This document shows positions 1-13,866 of a stretch of 64,000 nucleotides of DNA, in pieces. This stretch comes from Bugula neritina (taxonomy: Eukaryota > Animalia > Bryozoa): assembly GCA_964035545.1 (NCBI GenBank), contig OZ037766.1, positions 9,724,722 through 9,788,721 on the forward strand. Direction: 5' to 3'. Below the pieces are notes generated by a model, which made no database searches, had not been told where the DNA came from, and saw nothing but the letters and a program-made list of their open reading frames with translations. Position 1 is the first letter of the stretch. Each line of letters starts with the position of its first letter. A program made the translations under genes and the position numbers.

Positions 1-200
1 TAGCAGGTTATGCTGTAGAGAAATCTGCTTCTAGCATTCATTAGTCGCTCAGACTCAGACTTATTTTTCTCTATTGTTCTGTAAATTTTATATAAAGTAA
101 CTAATGCTTTTTGACTTTTCAAGTACTAACTAATAAATTGATACTGACTTTGATATATCTCTTTGATATATTACTGTGATATATTTCTGAATTAATATAG

Positions 201-3200
201 ACTAGCAGTGTTAACAAGTTCTTTCGCTGGGCTGAAGGAAGAAATGATCAACTTAAATCTTATTCTATTGGAATTTTATCGTATATTATGGAATGCCAAG
301 AAAATGCCTCCGTCTACAAAGAGCAGAACCACAAACTGGTAAGGAAAGTGCAACGCAAATATTGGATGAAAATTTTAAAATTTTGATTTTTTTGTTTGTT
401 TGTTTTTTGTTTGTTTTTTTTTTGTTATGAGCAGATATTTTGGTAAATATTTAATAGGCATTTACAGTGTAAATTTTTAATGTTTAATTTGAGTAACTTT
501 AGCATCCGAGTTAATAGCTTATTTCAATATATATGTTGCTAGGTACCAATACTAATGAAGCAGCTGCATAGCATTATAGATGAGAGAAAGAAATCCAGCT
601 CTAAAACTAACCGACCCTTCTCTCAGTTTGCTAGCTCCAGTGAAAATACTGGTGCTGCTGTCATGGATACTGGAGATATACAAACAAACACACATGGCTG
701 CGCATTGCCTGACCACGTATTAGCTGACAGTACAGCAAGTGAGTTTTTGTATCGGAAACTTTAAGTTTTCTAGCATATATAGCATATCTGTTGGTATATA
801 GTATAGCATATATGTTAATATATAGTATAGCATATATGTTACTCGTAGTATATAGTATAGCATATCTGTTAGTATATAGTGTAGCATATCTGTTAGCATA
901 TAGTACAGCATATCTGTTAGAATATAGTACAGCATATCTGTTAGAATATAGTACAGCATATCTGTTAGTATGCTGTTGCTGCTGATTGCTATATTTGTTG
1001 AAAGCTTATATCGATAGCCTCAAATTGTGATTTCGGTGGTAATATATTTAAATGGAATATATAGCATAGATGTCTAACTCAAGAATGAACCTAGATTTAA
1101 CAGTAATATCACTTATTTCTTTAGAAGGCGCAGGTGGTGAGTTTAGTAACAGTAGCTGGCAGGAGATGGAGCCTCTCTACATTCAGTCATACCAGATATA
1201 TCCTGTAACACCAGAAGTGCAGCAGAGACTTATTCTCTCCTACCTCACCCCAATGGGCGAATACCAAGAGGTGCTTCGACATTCTAAACAACCACTTTAT
1301 GTCACTCAAGTTTTATGAATAATATTTGAGCTTATGCATGCATTACATAATAATTATTGTCACACAAATGCTGTTTTCTCTGGTTGTAGCTGCTACCAGA
1401 AGTATTTCAAAATCGTGCGATGGACATCGTCTTCCATTACCTAGACTATCAGAAAAATTGTGATGTTAGGTTGGGGTTTGCAGCTGTTAGAGTGAGTTTG
1501 TATGCATTATTTTAACGATTCCAATTGGATAGCCGTCGTTTATTTTTACTTAATCAAATCTTTAATCTTTTTTAAGATTTACTTTATGTATGTTTTTTCT
1601 CTATGTGCAATGAGCTCATTTTGCGACAAATATAATTGTAGTATTTGGCATCATTACTATGCCATAAGAAGTTCGGCATTGAGTTCATCAACAATGGTGG
1701 ACTTGGAAAGTTCCTAAGCGTGCCTAGACCATCCCTGGCGGCCACTGGTCTCTCCCTCAGCCTCTACTACCTTGCTTTCTTTGAAGATACAATGGAGAGG
1801 GTATGTATGTAGGGTTAACTGTCTAGAGGGATCTTTTATCATCAAGTCTCATTTCTATGTGTTGCAGATTATAGTTTTACATTTAGTGATGCAATTGTTA
1901 AATGATCACACTAAGTGGGGTCAACTTTAGAACATTCTGTGTCATAGAATATCATCATTCAAAATTTTTTACAAGTTTTATTATTTAAAAAAATATTTTG
2001 TTTTGCGTTCAATAAATTGAATTAAAAGTTGTCTTCTCAACAATGCAATCCTGAGAAGACATGGTAATGCTGTTTTGTAGGTGTGCATGCAATCTACTGA
2101 GCTACTGACAGAGCTATTAAACATCATCCTGTGGTTACTAGAATGTTCTCACCAGTCAGGGAGAATGCATGCTGTCATGTTTCTGTCCAATGCCTTGGCA
2201 TTCAAAGCTGTTCTTACTATCTTTGATGAAATGGATGGCCTGAGAAAACTGTACAATGTTGTATGTATTTACATGTACCTAATATCTTCCACCATCGCTC
2301 TGTGTTGTAGAATGGAGGTATTTATTTAAAAGTCTGATAATGGATAAAAAACTAGGTTTATACTAATTTTCTTCCTATAACTTTGCTCTCGATAGAACGG
2401 ATTTAATGAAATAATGTAAAGTCTTGTCCAGTCAGTTCGTCATAAGCTCACGAAGCTCCCCTCTTTACGGTTCTTCTATTAATACAGTAGATAAAAGTCC
2501 TCACCACACTGCTGCTAACACTGCTAAGCAAGTTGGTACTGTAACCTCACTGCTGGCATATTTTCTCGATAGTAATAGACATATGTTTGATTTTTTATTC
2601 TCAAGTGGCTATACATGCATCACTTAGAAATGTACGCATAAAACTGCACTAATGGAAACGTTGTCATATCCTGTGCTATTTTAGTTGAGCACATCTCAAT
2701 TGCTGAATTGCGAGGCGGGCACTGAGTTCACAGATGACCAGATGTATGTCTTCAGACAAGGTATTCGCCATGTTGCATTCGCCCTGAAGAAATACTATGA
2801 GAGCCACGCATGCATCATGGCTGACACCATCAGGCAGTCTGTGGTGGCCCACCATGACAGAGACTCGCCCTCTGCTGAACTATCTCCATATAAGGTAATG
2901 TTATTTATTAACTGTCCTGTATACTTATAGGGTGGTGTTTTTCCTCTATTTTATGGTGGAACATTGACTTTTTTTCAAATTTTGTGATCAGTATTATTAG
3001 TATCAATCCACTACATTCAGTTTGCAAAAAGTATGCTTCTGAATATTTTGTGTTGCAATGTTATTGATGTTATGCGTTGTATATTGTTTTAGGCTTTACC
3101 AGCAACTCATGTTTGGGTCCAGTGTTGTTGGGCATCTTAGGATTTTGTTTTTTATCTTGTTTCTGAAATATTTTTTTGCTTTAGTACCGGAATGGCTCTG

Positions 3201-6200
3201 TGTGAGATTTTCTAGTGCTCGTCAAATGCAATGGATACAATTCACTTAATAAATATGGTTTAACTTAAAAATGCCGAAACCTTTGATTAATGTTGCTTTT
3301 TAAATTGTACAATGCTCTAGAAATGCCTAGTTTAGAATGATTTAGGTAGAAGCTGTCATGTAAACTTGTAACTTGCACCTTAGATACTGACTTCACTTGT
3401 TTAGATAATGAAGTCGTCTGTTGCTGAGGATTTAGCTCTGCTCTTGGAGTGTATGCAGAAAAAATATTGGAAACCAGCTGTAGTTTTCAGGAATCTGAAT
3501 GGGGTTGAGCTATTCCTTAAATCTATTACGTTGATAGCTGATATGCCTGCATATAATGGAAAGTAAGTAATTGTCTTGCATTCTATCTACATCTTGGACG
3601 TATATAGTTGTAATGTATAAACTTAACAGTCTCTGTTGACAAAATTGTGTAAGCAAAAATAAATTGCCAATTTTTAGACAAAGTGTTGTAATGACAGCCT
3701 CTTCAACTGTTGTATCATGGCTCATTTTACTTAATTTAGTACACACTCGACGTTTCTAGTTTTGAGCTTCCGTTCTCAATTTAGGTTCTAATGTAAATGT
3801 TTTTTTGCCCTAAACTAGTAAAATATCAACAAATTCAATTAATGATCAGGTTTTTTTCTTTTAATTTTGCTTGATTTCCTATATTGGTTGTAGCTGTTAT
3901 ACCATACTAATTGGTTGTAGGGCCGAGTCTGTAAGGTGGTTACTGGATACCCTTGCAGTCTGCTCTGTCTACCCTCAGATACAACTAGAACTTTGCAAAA
4001 CAGTTGACCTACCAGATCATTTCCCAGATCGCCTTTCCTCTCCGGCTATCAGGTACAGGACCGTACCACTCCTCTAATATATAATGTTGTCACACTATTA
4101 CTTTATTTCGTTATTGTTACATAATACATTGGATGTGTACAATTTTTTTTCATACTTTAAATTGTTTTTCTTTAGTATAATCTTAGCAATGGCGGATACA
4201 GATATTCTTTGTGATGCAGAAGTACAAAAGTCGGCTCTCAATATCATCATTAACCTTGTTTGCGCGCCTTCAGATAAGGTATGGTTTCAGAATTTGAGTT
4301 AACTCCACATTAATTGTCTGTATTTGGCTAATTTATCAGCAGCTTTTCCTTTGCATGCACAATCTCTCTATACACTATAATTTACATACTCGTGGAATCT
4401 GATAGATAAGCGTGTCTTGTATTCTATGGTTGTTTGCAGTCACCTGGCAGTTCTGTTCACAGAAGAGGAAGGTCCAACAGTGCTACACAGAGCCCCTTTC
4501 TTCAGTCATTGTGGGATGCATTTAGACAGAACAATGGCATTATGGTGTTGCTCAAGCTACTTGGCATACAGGTTTCTTCTTTCTTGGGCAATAGCCAATA
4601 AACCATGTTTTATCTGTAAATAAAATTTTGTGGTTTACAAAGACACCAGCTCACACTGTCGGCTTTGTGTAATAGAAAAAGTAGCTGTTATTATAAATAT
4701 TTTTGTTGTGTTCAATATTGGTTAATTCCTTGTTTTCATATTTATAAAATATACAACTATTTTGTCATTGCTGGGTGCTTCATATTTATCTGATCATGCT
4801 AATATGAAATATAGCCATTTAAAGCTGCTTCGTTGGTTTTGCTGCTGACATCTTAATTTTTCTTTCAGTTAAACAATAACCTTTCTTTACGTTCAAAGAT
4901 AATGATCGCAGAACAGAAGCTGAGGCGTTCTTATATGTTATCATTTTTGCATTAACTTAAGATGACGTAATTTCCAGAAGTCACCCTGTATTATCCGGTG
5001 ATTTTTGAGTTAGAATAAATATACGTGTTTCAGGCACCTTTGACAGGAGCGGATGCTATCAGAGCTCTAGCGTGTCAAGCGTTGGTTGGCTTATCTAGAT
5101 CCGATGGAATGTGCCAGATAATGAGCAAGTTACCACTCTTCAATAACGGCCAGCTCCAAGGTAGTTACTCAAATATTGAAACTTTACTGTCTTCCACCAC
5201 ATGACTGTTGTCAGGGATTATTATTTGACCTGTTTATTATTTTTACATATTTAAATCTTTTTACTTTGAAATTTTCATTTTTTGGAAGTAATTAAGCTGT
5301 ATTGGATTTGCAAAATTTAATTAAAACTTTGAACAGAATTGTTTCCTTTTATCCTCACTCATTACTTCATTAGTGGAGTCAGTCTTAGTTTTAATTCGAC
5401 TTTTATTTTCAGTAGAAATAATTATGATATAATATTATATTTAATAATTAATTTTCAATAGTAATTTATTCATCAATATATTACAATTTTTTATTATTAT
5501 AAATAACTTTTTTATAATTATCGCTTCAATGAGCACATCAATGGTAAAGGGAGGATGGAAAGTGTGACGATTGTTTGCATATAGCGGGTGCTTTGACGGC
5601 TTAAATATTGTTGTACTTCCATGCTTTAAAGGCTTTTAGGATTTATAACTTTGAAATAAGGAGCCATAAGGATTGTTTCAACAAAAAGATATGATGATGG
5701 AATACATTTTTATCTAGTTTAGTTTGCAGTATTATATGTGTTCAGGCCAGTATGTATTTATTATAGTGCTGATGAAGGAACCAGTATTGCAGGACAAAAG
5801 ATATGAGCAGCTCAAGTTCTGTAAATATGCTTCGCAGTTGATCGAGCAAGTTTGCGGTAGACCCCAAAACCTAGCCACGGATGTGAGTTATCAGGATAAA
5901 GTCTTATCTGAAACAAAGCTGCTTCATTTCATGTGATGTGATGCAAATAGTTTGTGTCACACATAATTATTGTCACACATTTTACTATTAATTGGAATAT
6001 TTATTAGAATTAAAACGAAGAACTGCATCATTTGTTTAAATTGTATTCATACAAGTTTTTCCCAAAAGGCAAGTGGCTCCATGCCACTGAGTTGAAACCA
6101 ATATGTTCTTAGTGCAATATATACAGTTTAATTAAAATAACAATACTTGAATGCTTAATATAATATTACTTTTTAAAATCTTGAGTGACGGGATGATTCT

Positions 6201-9200
6201 ATCGTGGGGCATAATAAATAAATAAGCTAGGCTACAGTATTTTATAATATATATTGAATGCTTTAGTCTTGGAATTGTGTTCTACATGTTATATAGACAT
6301 CCCTGGAACACATACGCAAGGCAGAGGTGGTGGCACAGACTAAGATAATCTACAAAGAAAAAGAACTTCTCCAGCTCATTCACGATCACTTGCAGCAAAA
6401 GGGACTAGATAAGGCAGCGGCAGCACTTCAGAAAGAGGCAAATCTTCCTGTCAAGTCATGTTCAGTTGTGGCACCGCCTACGACGTCACAGTTCTTTGAG
6501 AGCCCCGTCAGTCAGCACGGTTTGCAGTTGAGCTCACCTGGCGCCATGGTATGCTGACTCAACCACTTTCTTATAACTATCTGCCTTTTTGGGAGTTATT
6601 TTCTCCTGTTTTATGCACAGAAACGTATAACCGTGCTCTTGTTCACAATTCAATGGATATATTTAGCGACCCAATTTTTCCCTTTGTTGACCATCTCTGA
6701 ATTCTACAAAACAGTATTTAAACAGTATGTGACATGTGGAGTTGTCTAGTACTGGTCCTCGGAAATGCATTATTCATAAATATGCTTACAGAAACCTATC
6801 AGCACCCCGGGCACTCCTGGATCATCAGCGGGAACCTCTCTTTCTAAATCAACACCCATCTCCCAAAGCAGTCTGCGATTTCATATAAAGAGCTCCCCTT
6901 TCACTAGTCAGATTTATGACAGTCCTAGAGTTTCGGTGAGTGAAGCATGATGTGTTTTTGTTATTACTTGTGAGAACTTACAGCACACTGTGTTGTTTAT
7001 AATGTGTATGTTCATGCTTAACATTTATCTTCAAGCAAGGTGTGGAGCATCTTGCCAGTCATTAATCCAGCTAACCACTGATCTATGTTTTTGTGGTGAA
7101 AGCTCATTGTCCTCGGTTCTTATTTAAGGGCTACATGGTGCCAGAAAGTGGATTCTGATATAATCTGGCTTATTCTAAATAAATGCATATGAAGAGTTGT
7201 CCGTTCCAAGCCTATCTAGCAAAATCTAACTTTATAATAGTTGCAATTCACATAGCATAACTTGTGAAAACCAACCACACCAGAAAACATTTGATTTTGT
7301 TTACAAAAATGTTTACTGCAGGTTTATATAGAAATAATAGACCCTGCTTTTAAAATAGTTGTGAGTGAATATATTTTTTATTGGAGATTTTGAGACCACT
7401 TTTTGTTGCTTTACAAGCTTCAATTTACTTTGCTGAAAGGTAGAATGCCTCTATGTGTGTTAGGCAGTTTCTGAGACAATTTACTGCTTGTGTTTTCAGC
7501 AAACCGTAGGTAAACTTTGCAAGATGCACCTGAAGTGAATATCTACATGTTGACATAAGTTCTGCTACTCATGTTACAGCAATTCATAACTTTGAATTTT
7601 TTTAAAACGTCATTATAATTTTACTTATCTTCACCTGATGATTTGTGACCTACACTTTGTACTGACTGAGTGAGTTGTGTTGAGAATATTACATGAATTG
7701 GATGTTGACAGGGTTCTGCTAAACACTTGCGGGCGAAACAGGATATCCGCTCATTAAGTTGTAATATCTCAGCAAAGAAGACCACGTTGAGTGCCGTTAC
7801 TGATGCCTCGGAGTCCATGAATCTAGACAAGATCATTACATCATATTTCAGGAAGCAGCATGCGTTATGTAAAAACCCAGTGGTCACATGCCCGCCTTTC
7901 TCTCTGTATGAGTAAGTTTTTACACTTCCATATCTAAATTATTCTATTTGAGGTATTGTTTATGTTCGGTATCTACTGTTGATTGGTATTAACATTTGCT
8001 TTATACACTGACTTGGTTATTATTCATATATATTTTAGACCACACGTTTGTCCAGAACCAGCTAGGAAGAATGTTGCTCCTGCTAACCTTACAGCAAGAG
8101 TTTTGAAACACCAGGTCTGTATCGTGTGTAGATGGCTAATCACTTGGTTAGAAATATGGCTGGATTAGCATGAAGTGTGCCCCTTGTCTATGTGATGTTT
8201 TATGCAATAATAATCACTATTCATGCTTTTATTGGATTAAGGTTAAGGTACTGTTTTGTTTCACAGGCTCATCAAAACTACGGTGGATATGATGGGGTGG
8301 CGATGAACAGAAAATATAAATACAGTAGATTCAAGCCTATTAAAACATACAAGGATGTGGAAAAAGGCAGTTTATATACGTGCTGCACATTTTCGGTAAA
8401 ATCCATGTGCTAATCTTAGATTATCAACAGTATTGTTGTAATATCAGCCTGAAGTCTTTAAACTTTTGTTTTTATGACTTTTATTTTATTCTTTGATTAA
8501 AAAAAAGAGAAAAGAGAATGGGTTGTAGATATTGAACTATTTCAACTAAAACTTGTAGGCGTGTGAGCAGTGGTTGATGTTGGGTACAGACTCTGGAGAT
8601 CTCAAGCTATATAACGTGCAGGCTGGTGAAGAAGCCGAGACATATAATTGTCACAATTCTGCCATCACACACGCCGAACCATCTCAAGTGTGTTTATCCT
8701 GTTGTTAATTTTTATGAGGCTGATCTTGCATAAATAATTTCAGTTGTCAGAGATGTTTTGAAATTAGCATTGATGTGATGAAGTTGCGCTTTTATATATG
8801 TGATAAAAGTAGCTGTTTCTCAGTTCTATAAAATAGTTATGATTGGCATTATCTTTGCTTAGTAAAAATGATTTTATTATATTTTTATTTTATGCCTAAT
8901 TTATTTGAAAGCACAACAATTTCGAAACGTTCTTTGTAGGCACCTTTTTTGTGTTAATTTTTTATTGGATCATTCATTAAGAATTAGAAAGGTGCTGCAT
9001 TGTAACATTGGTCAAGTAGTAGCTGGATGAGTCTATTTGTTCATAAAACTGGTTTGCATTGGTTGGATTATTTGCTATCAGGATGGCATGCTGCTCTTAA
9101 CATCGTCAGCCTGGGGGATTCCACAGTCGGCTCTCTGGTCGATGGACAACTTTTTTGATCAGAAAACTGGTTTTGAAGTTCAGTACATGGAGTTCAGCAA

Positions 9201-12200
9201 GTCCGTGCAGGACCGGATAGTTGGCACGAGTGAGTCCAAGGCTTATGTGAGTTTGTCTCTGTTAGTTATTCAAGTATTGAAAATATCTATTACAGCATGT
9301 AATATGTGTTGTGTTCTTGTGCTACCAAGTTCCTGTTTTATTGTTCTCCAACATATAACCCTGAACTATGCATGACAAGTACAACATATAATGAGAGTAT
9401 AACTCTTAATAAGCAATTTACAGTTATAGTGTATAATATAAGCACAGCAATCAGCAATATGGAACTCTACTTGCCTGCTGTTGCTATATGTAATGAAATA
9501 TTAGCAATTTTTTCTACTGCTATATTGTAAGTTATTGTGTGTTTAGATATATGACGTGGCTACTGGAGATACTATCATGACTCTGTATGATGAAAATAAA
9601 GCTAATAACTATATGAGAAATCAGGCTACGTTCAACTGTACTGATGATCTAATACTGAGTGATGGTGTCTTGTGGGATGTCATGTCGGGAAAGGTTAATA
9701 CTTTACATACAATTCATGAATTGTAACTCTCGCCTATAGCTCACCAACTCAGTTTGGCACAAGGGATGTACTTGAGATTGGGATGATTTCCTATGACCTG
9801 TAATACTTTTTGTAACATTGAGACTTTCTGATCTCCATTGGCTAGCTAGTTCTTAAGAATTTATGTATCTATTTCAAAGTTTATGTCTTGTATATTCTAT
9901 AACAGGCAGTACACAAGTTTGACAAGTTTAATCCCAGCGTCTCCGGCTTGTTTCATCCACTCGGACTGGAAGTGATTATCAACTCTGAGATTTGGGACTT
10001 GCGAACATTCAAACTACTTCACACAGTTCCTGCTCTGAATCAGTGTCAGATCAAGTTTAGTCATGACTCTAGTGTGCTGTATGGTGGTGAGTTATTAGTG
10101 CATTCTATTCACTTTGGTAACTTCTATTGAAATGGTTTCTATGCTTTTGAAGGTGTTGATATAACATTCAAGTCTTTTTGACTGCAACTTGGCTGCTTAT
10201 GTTGTTTTCTGCCCAAAATATGATGCTTTTTTGGTACCCTTTGAGGCCTGTTGTAAAGATACCTTCTGTTTGTTTATTATTTTAATTTTGTATTTCTTTA
10301 GAGTTTTTATGCCCTAGATTTTTTAAGTTGATGTTACACTGTACTGCATGCATTCTTCTATGTCAAGTACTTCATTTCTACGAAGCAAGAATGACTTTAG
10401 AAACTTGAAATATTTGGTAAATGCAGTTTGATAGAAACCTGAACTTCTTTCAAATAAATTTGGTTACTTTGAGAATATTTTGGCTTGATAATCTAATGTA
10501 TGTTTTGTCTAGCTATTAATCTAATGTATGTTTTGTCTAGCTATGATACCTTTTGATGACGAGGAAGAGGAGGGAATTAACCGCCGAAATCTTTATGGAT
10601 CCTCGTTTCGTACTTTTGATGCGAGAAACTATAATTGTTTGGCCACGATAGATGCTAAGAGGTCTATTAGTGATTTATGCACAGGTGATGTGTGAAATAT
10701 ACGTGTATGATGTGGTAATGTTTAACTTTACAAAACACCAACCTTTCTTTTTCATTGTACTAACACAGTTTTATTGTGTAGAGAGCCGTGCTAGTGTTTT
10801 TTTAGTCCCTATTTGAATGAGTTAAAATAAAGGGAATATAACTGCTTGGCAAATTAAAACCAGGTTTATCTAAATAGTTACTAACTAGCTATTGCAAGTG
10901 ATATTGTAACTATTGAGCGCATGTGCTGAGGTAGAGGGGCCTCTAGATATAATAGCAAGTACAGATGGTTCTGTTTAATGTGTTATTTTATTTGTTCTAC
11001 AGATAAGTTTGACATACTGCTAGCAGTTGTAGAAAGTCACAAAGACACAGACACTCTGGTAGAAGATTCTCAGTGTAGACTGTATGAAATCGGTGCTATT
11101 AAAGATGCTGAAGGAATGGTAGGCGTCATATACAGTTCATATTCTTTAGTTTATGCACAACTAGTGCACCACAAGCTGCACACTGTATGTACGCTCATTA
11201 CTTCAAGTGTGATTTCATTACTGTAGACCAGGGGTGAGCAACCTGTGCCACCTGTGCCCCTTCACCCATTTCTCGGTGGCCCTTTTAATGATTAAGATAG
11301 GTAAAAACTGTTATATGCATTCTGATTAGCATAGTAAAGGTTTGGTGACAAATCACTTTATTATAATAAAATTTAATATGTGTAAAATCATGTGGCCCTT
11401 CATTTTGGCTGACTTCTGCACTTGGCGCTCACGCAAGAGAAGTTGCCCACCCCTGCTCTAGACTGTGTTTTTATTTTCATAATGATTATTTTTGAGTTTT
11501 CCTAATGTTTTGCATAATGACAAAGGCTTTTTAAAGATTACATTTTCAATAATATATTTTTCTAATGACATATCACAGACTCAAGAAGAAGATGACGATG
11601 AAGGAGAACATGATGACGACGACGACGACGACGAAGACGACGAAGTTGAGGACGACATGGGAGGCTCGGATGGCGAGATAATTGACATTGTAGATGAAGT
11701 GGACGCAGACGATGATGAAACTGATGGTAATTCTTACAGCTAGTCAAATTATAGCCGATTATTTGCATTGCAGTTTTGGTTGTAGCAATATTTTCTTCTT
11801 CATCCCTGCTCTGCTTTCTTTCTTACACCCCCTTCTCTTACGCTTTGAAAACTCAATTTAAAATGGTCTTCAATTCTTTGCACCTATATCTTGGCCAATT
11901 TTATATTTATAGGGATTATTTCATTAGTTTTTAATGGACTTTATTTGTTTTGGAAAGTATAATTGTTGAATATTCGTGCTTATTGAATAGCAAGGATCCA
12001 GAGAATTATTGAGAAAGCTCTACATTTTGCCAAGTGGTTGAACAGCATTTTAGTTATGTTTTAAGATTTTTGATGATTTGTTTGAAAACTCTGTATTCTC
12101 TATTTGTATGTGGGTTAGCTCACTTTATTTAGTGAAAATTGTAGTTGAATTAAATCTTTTAAAAATAGCCTATAAAGGGTATTTTTACATGTTGACTTTA

Positions 12201-13443
12201 AACAAGCATGTTAAACTGTGAAAAAGTAGAGGGTGGGAATGCAAATGTATGCATGCAAATGGAGTGATTACTCATGTGTGTCGAACCTTATCATGAAATC
12301 TTGTCTCTAGTTTGCATCTCCACTTCTACACCCTTTTGTATTCACTCTAAACTCACTTCTTCAATTCCCTGTTACCATTGATAGCTGGCACTAACCTGCA
12401 TGCTGAGCTAGCAGATTTGCTTGCTGACCAGATACAAGATGAAAGATCACCGTCCAATAATGATAATGTTCAAGAAAGCATGTCCATTACACAAGTTGAG
12501 AATAATAACGGGCTGCTGCCATTAAATGGGCAAGCTAATGCAATGTTCATAACCTCAGCTGATGAATACGCCATCGAGCAAGAAAATATATCCGTTCAAG
12601 AAAATGGAGCTGAAGTAACACACCGTGTTAGCAATGAAAATATACCATTACAATTGAGCAGTGGTACATCAGCTATATCTTCAGAGACTACTGATACTTC
12701 TGAAGAGGATCATCTTTTCGAATCTGATGTTGCATCTGTGTTGTCTGAATTTGTCGAGGAACTGGATGAAGGAGTTAGGTCGCCTTCTAGTGCTGGAGAA
12801 GTTCTTAGCCTTCCGTTTTCGCTTGATTCTTCAACATTGGTGGTCGAGACCAATGATAATGTAAACTCGTATGAAAATGAAGAGTTGGTGGGATCTATAG
12901 CCGCAGTTTCCACACTTACTGAACTTTCTGCCATTCAATACTCCCCCGCTATCAATTGCCCCATTCCATGCTCTCATGAACAAGCTGCATCTACTTCAAA
13001 CATCCCACTAACACCTTGCCAACACTGTTTAACATCTCATTCAACTTCTCTTGACCCTCACCGTATCACCATTCACTCAAACTTGGCGCCTCTTCACCCT
13101 CCTCAATTGCCAAGTTCTCCCTCTTTGTCCTCGTCACATGAAACTAATGATGAGCCTGAACAAGACTGAAAGGTACAGGCATATGAAAATTTAGTGTTCA
13201 GCATTGTATTATCTGTTCACATAATCTTATTTTTATTTTCTTAATATATTAATTCTCAACGGTATTACCATTTTGTGATTGTAGGCAATTTGTGCATGTC
13301 TACCACACATTTCATTAGAATATCATATTGTGGATTTTATAATTTTATTTGCAGATGCTGAGAATGGTAACAGTTCCACGGATGATGATGAAGAATTTGA
13401 AAATATATTTATTAATGCATCTGATTTGTCGGATAGTGATTAA
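201..13443 (+). CDS. DCAF1: DDB1- and CUL4-associated factor 1 (VprBP), multi-exon, N-terminus upstream of window
   Basis: GT-AG exons translate to DCAF1 hallmarks: [24 protein letters not shown] (1123-1270); [21 protein letters not shown] (1641-1800); [17 protein letters not shown] (5034-5160); Lis[30 protein letters not shown] (~6360-6450); [17 protein letters not shown] (~7850-7910); WD40 [36 protein letters not shown] (9906-10087); GSSFRTFDA (10541-10684); acidic tail (11579-11727); last exon 13355-13443 ending TAA; AATAAA near 13564. Confidence 0.96.
771..970. repeat. Intronic minisatellite, ~24-bp unit (TATAGTAYAGCATATCTGTTAGWA), about 8 copies
   Basis: Direct tandem repeats visible in sequence; they explain the 8-aa-periodic spurious ORFs 720..959 and 791..985. 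Confidence 0.9.
10489..10544 (+). repeat. Perfect 28-bp tandem duplication spanning a DCAF1 splice acceptor
   Basis: TAATCTAATGTATGTTTTGTCTAGCTAT occurs at 10489-10516 and 10517-10544; only the second AG (10539-10540) keeps the DCAF1 frame. Confidence 0.9.
11229..11455. mobile_element. hAT-superfamily MITE (227 bp) in a DCAF1 intron
   Basis: TIRs CAGGGGTGAGCAACCT / AAGTTGCCCACCCCTG; 8-bp target duplication CTGTAGAC (11221-11228) / CTCTAGAC (11456-11463), matching the NTCTAGAN preference of Charlie-type hATs. Confidence 0.9.
12385..13169 (+). CDS. DCAF1: Putative alternative DCAF1 exon encoding a ~261-aa acidic/Ser/Pro-rich C-terminus
   Basis: 785-nt open frame in the last intron, preceded by a TAG acceptor (12383-12384) in phase 1, matching the upstream donor at 11727; TGA at 13167-13169 is followed by an AAG|GTACAG donor. 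Confidence 0.6.
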
Positions 13444-13866
13444 TGCGATTAAATGGTTCAATCATAAGCCCTATTTTTTCCAATTGCCAATGTTTTAATA
13501 TTCCTGCTGTTAAAGTTGACATTATAGAGAATATATTTTTTCAATTTGGCTATTTCGTCACACAATAAACTGAAGATGTAGAATTGTGAACTGGTTTGCA
13601 TTTAAGTCAAAACTTACGTTGTGTAAAATAATTCCTTATGAAAGGTTCTACTTGCACAACTTTATGGAAGATTATGATGACAACACATATTAGCTATTGC
13701 ATAATATATTTATTAATTACATATTTACAGTAAAAATACATAAAAACTGCCTAAGTTAGCCAATAGAGCAATTCAAAAATAATTAATTTTTACAAGCGCT
13801 AATCACAACAGCTGCAAATATATACAAATAAAATTTTGGAGCTAAAGTAAAGTTATTGCATTTTCT

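Noticed and set aside
720-985. Two overlapping ORFs with 8-aa periodicity
   Set aside because: Translation of a 24-bp intronic minisatellite, not a gene.
2424-2627. Possible extra DCAF1 exon or intronic ncRNA
   Set aside because: The flanking exons already join in frame; no clear phase-compatible splice pair or snoRNA box structure.
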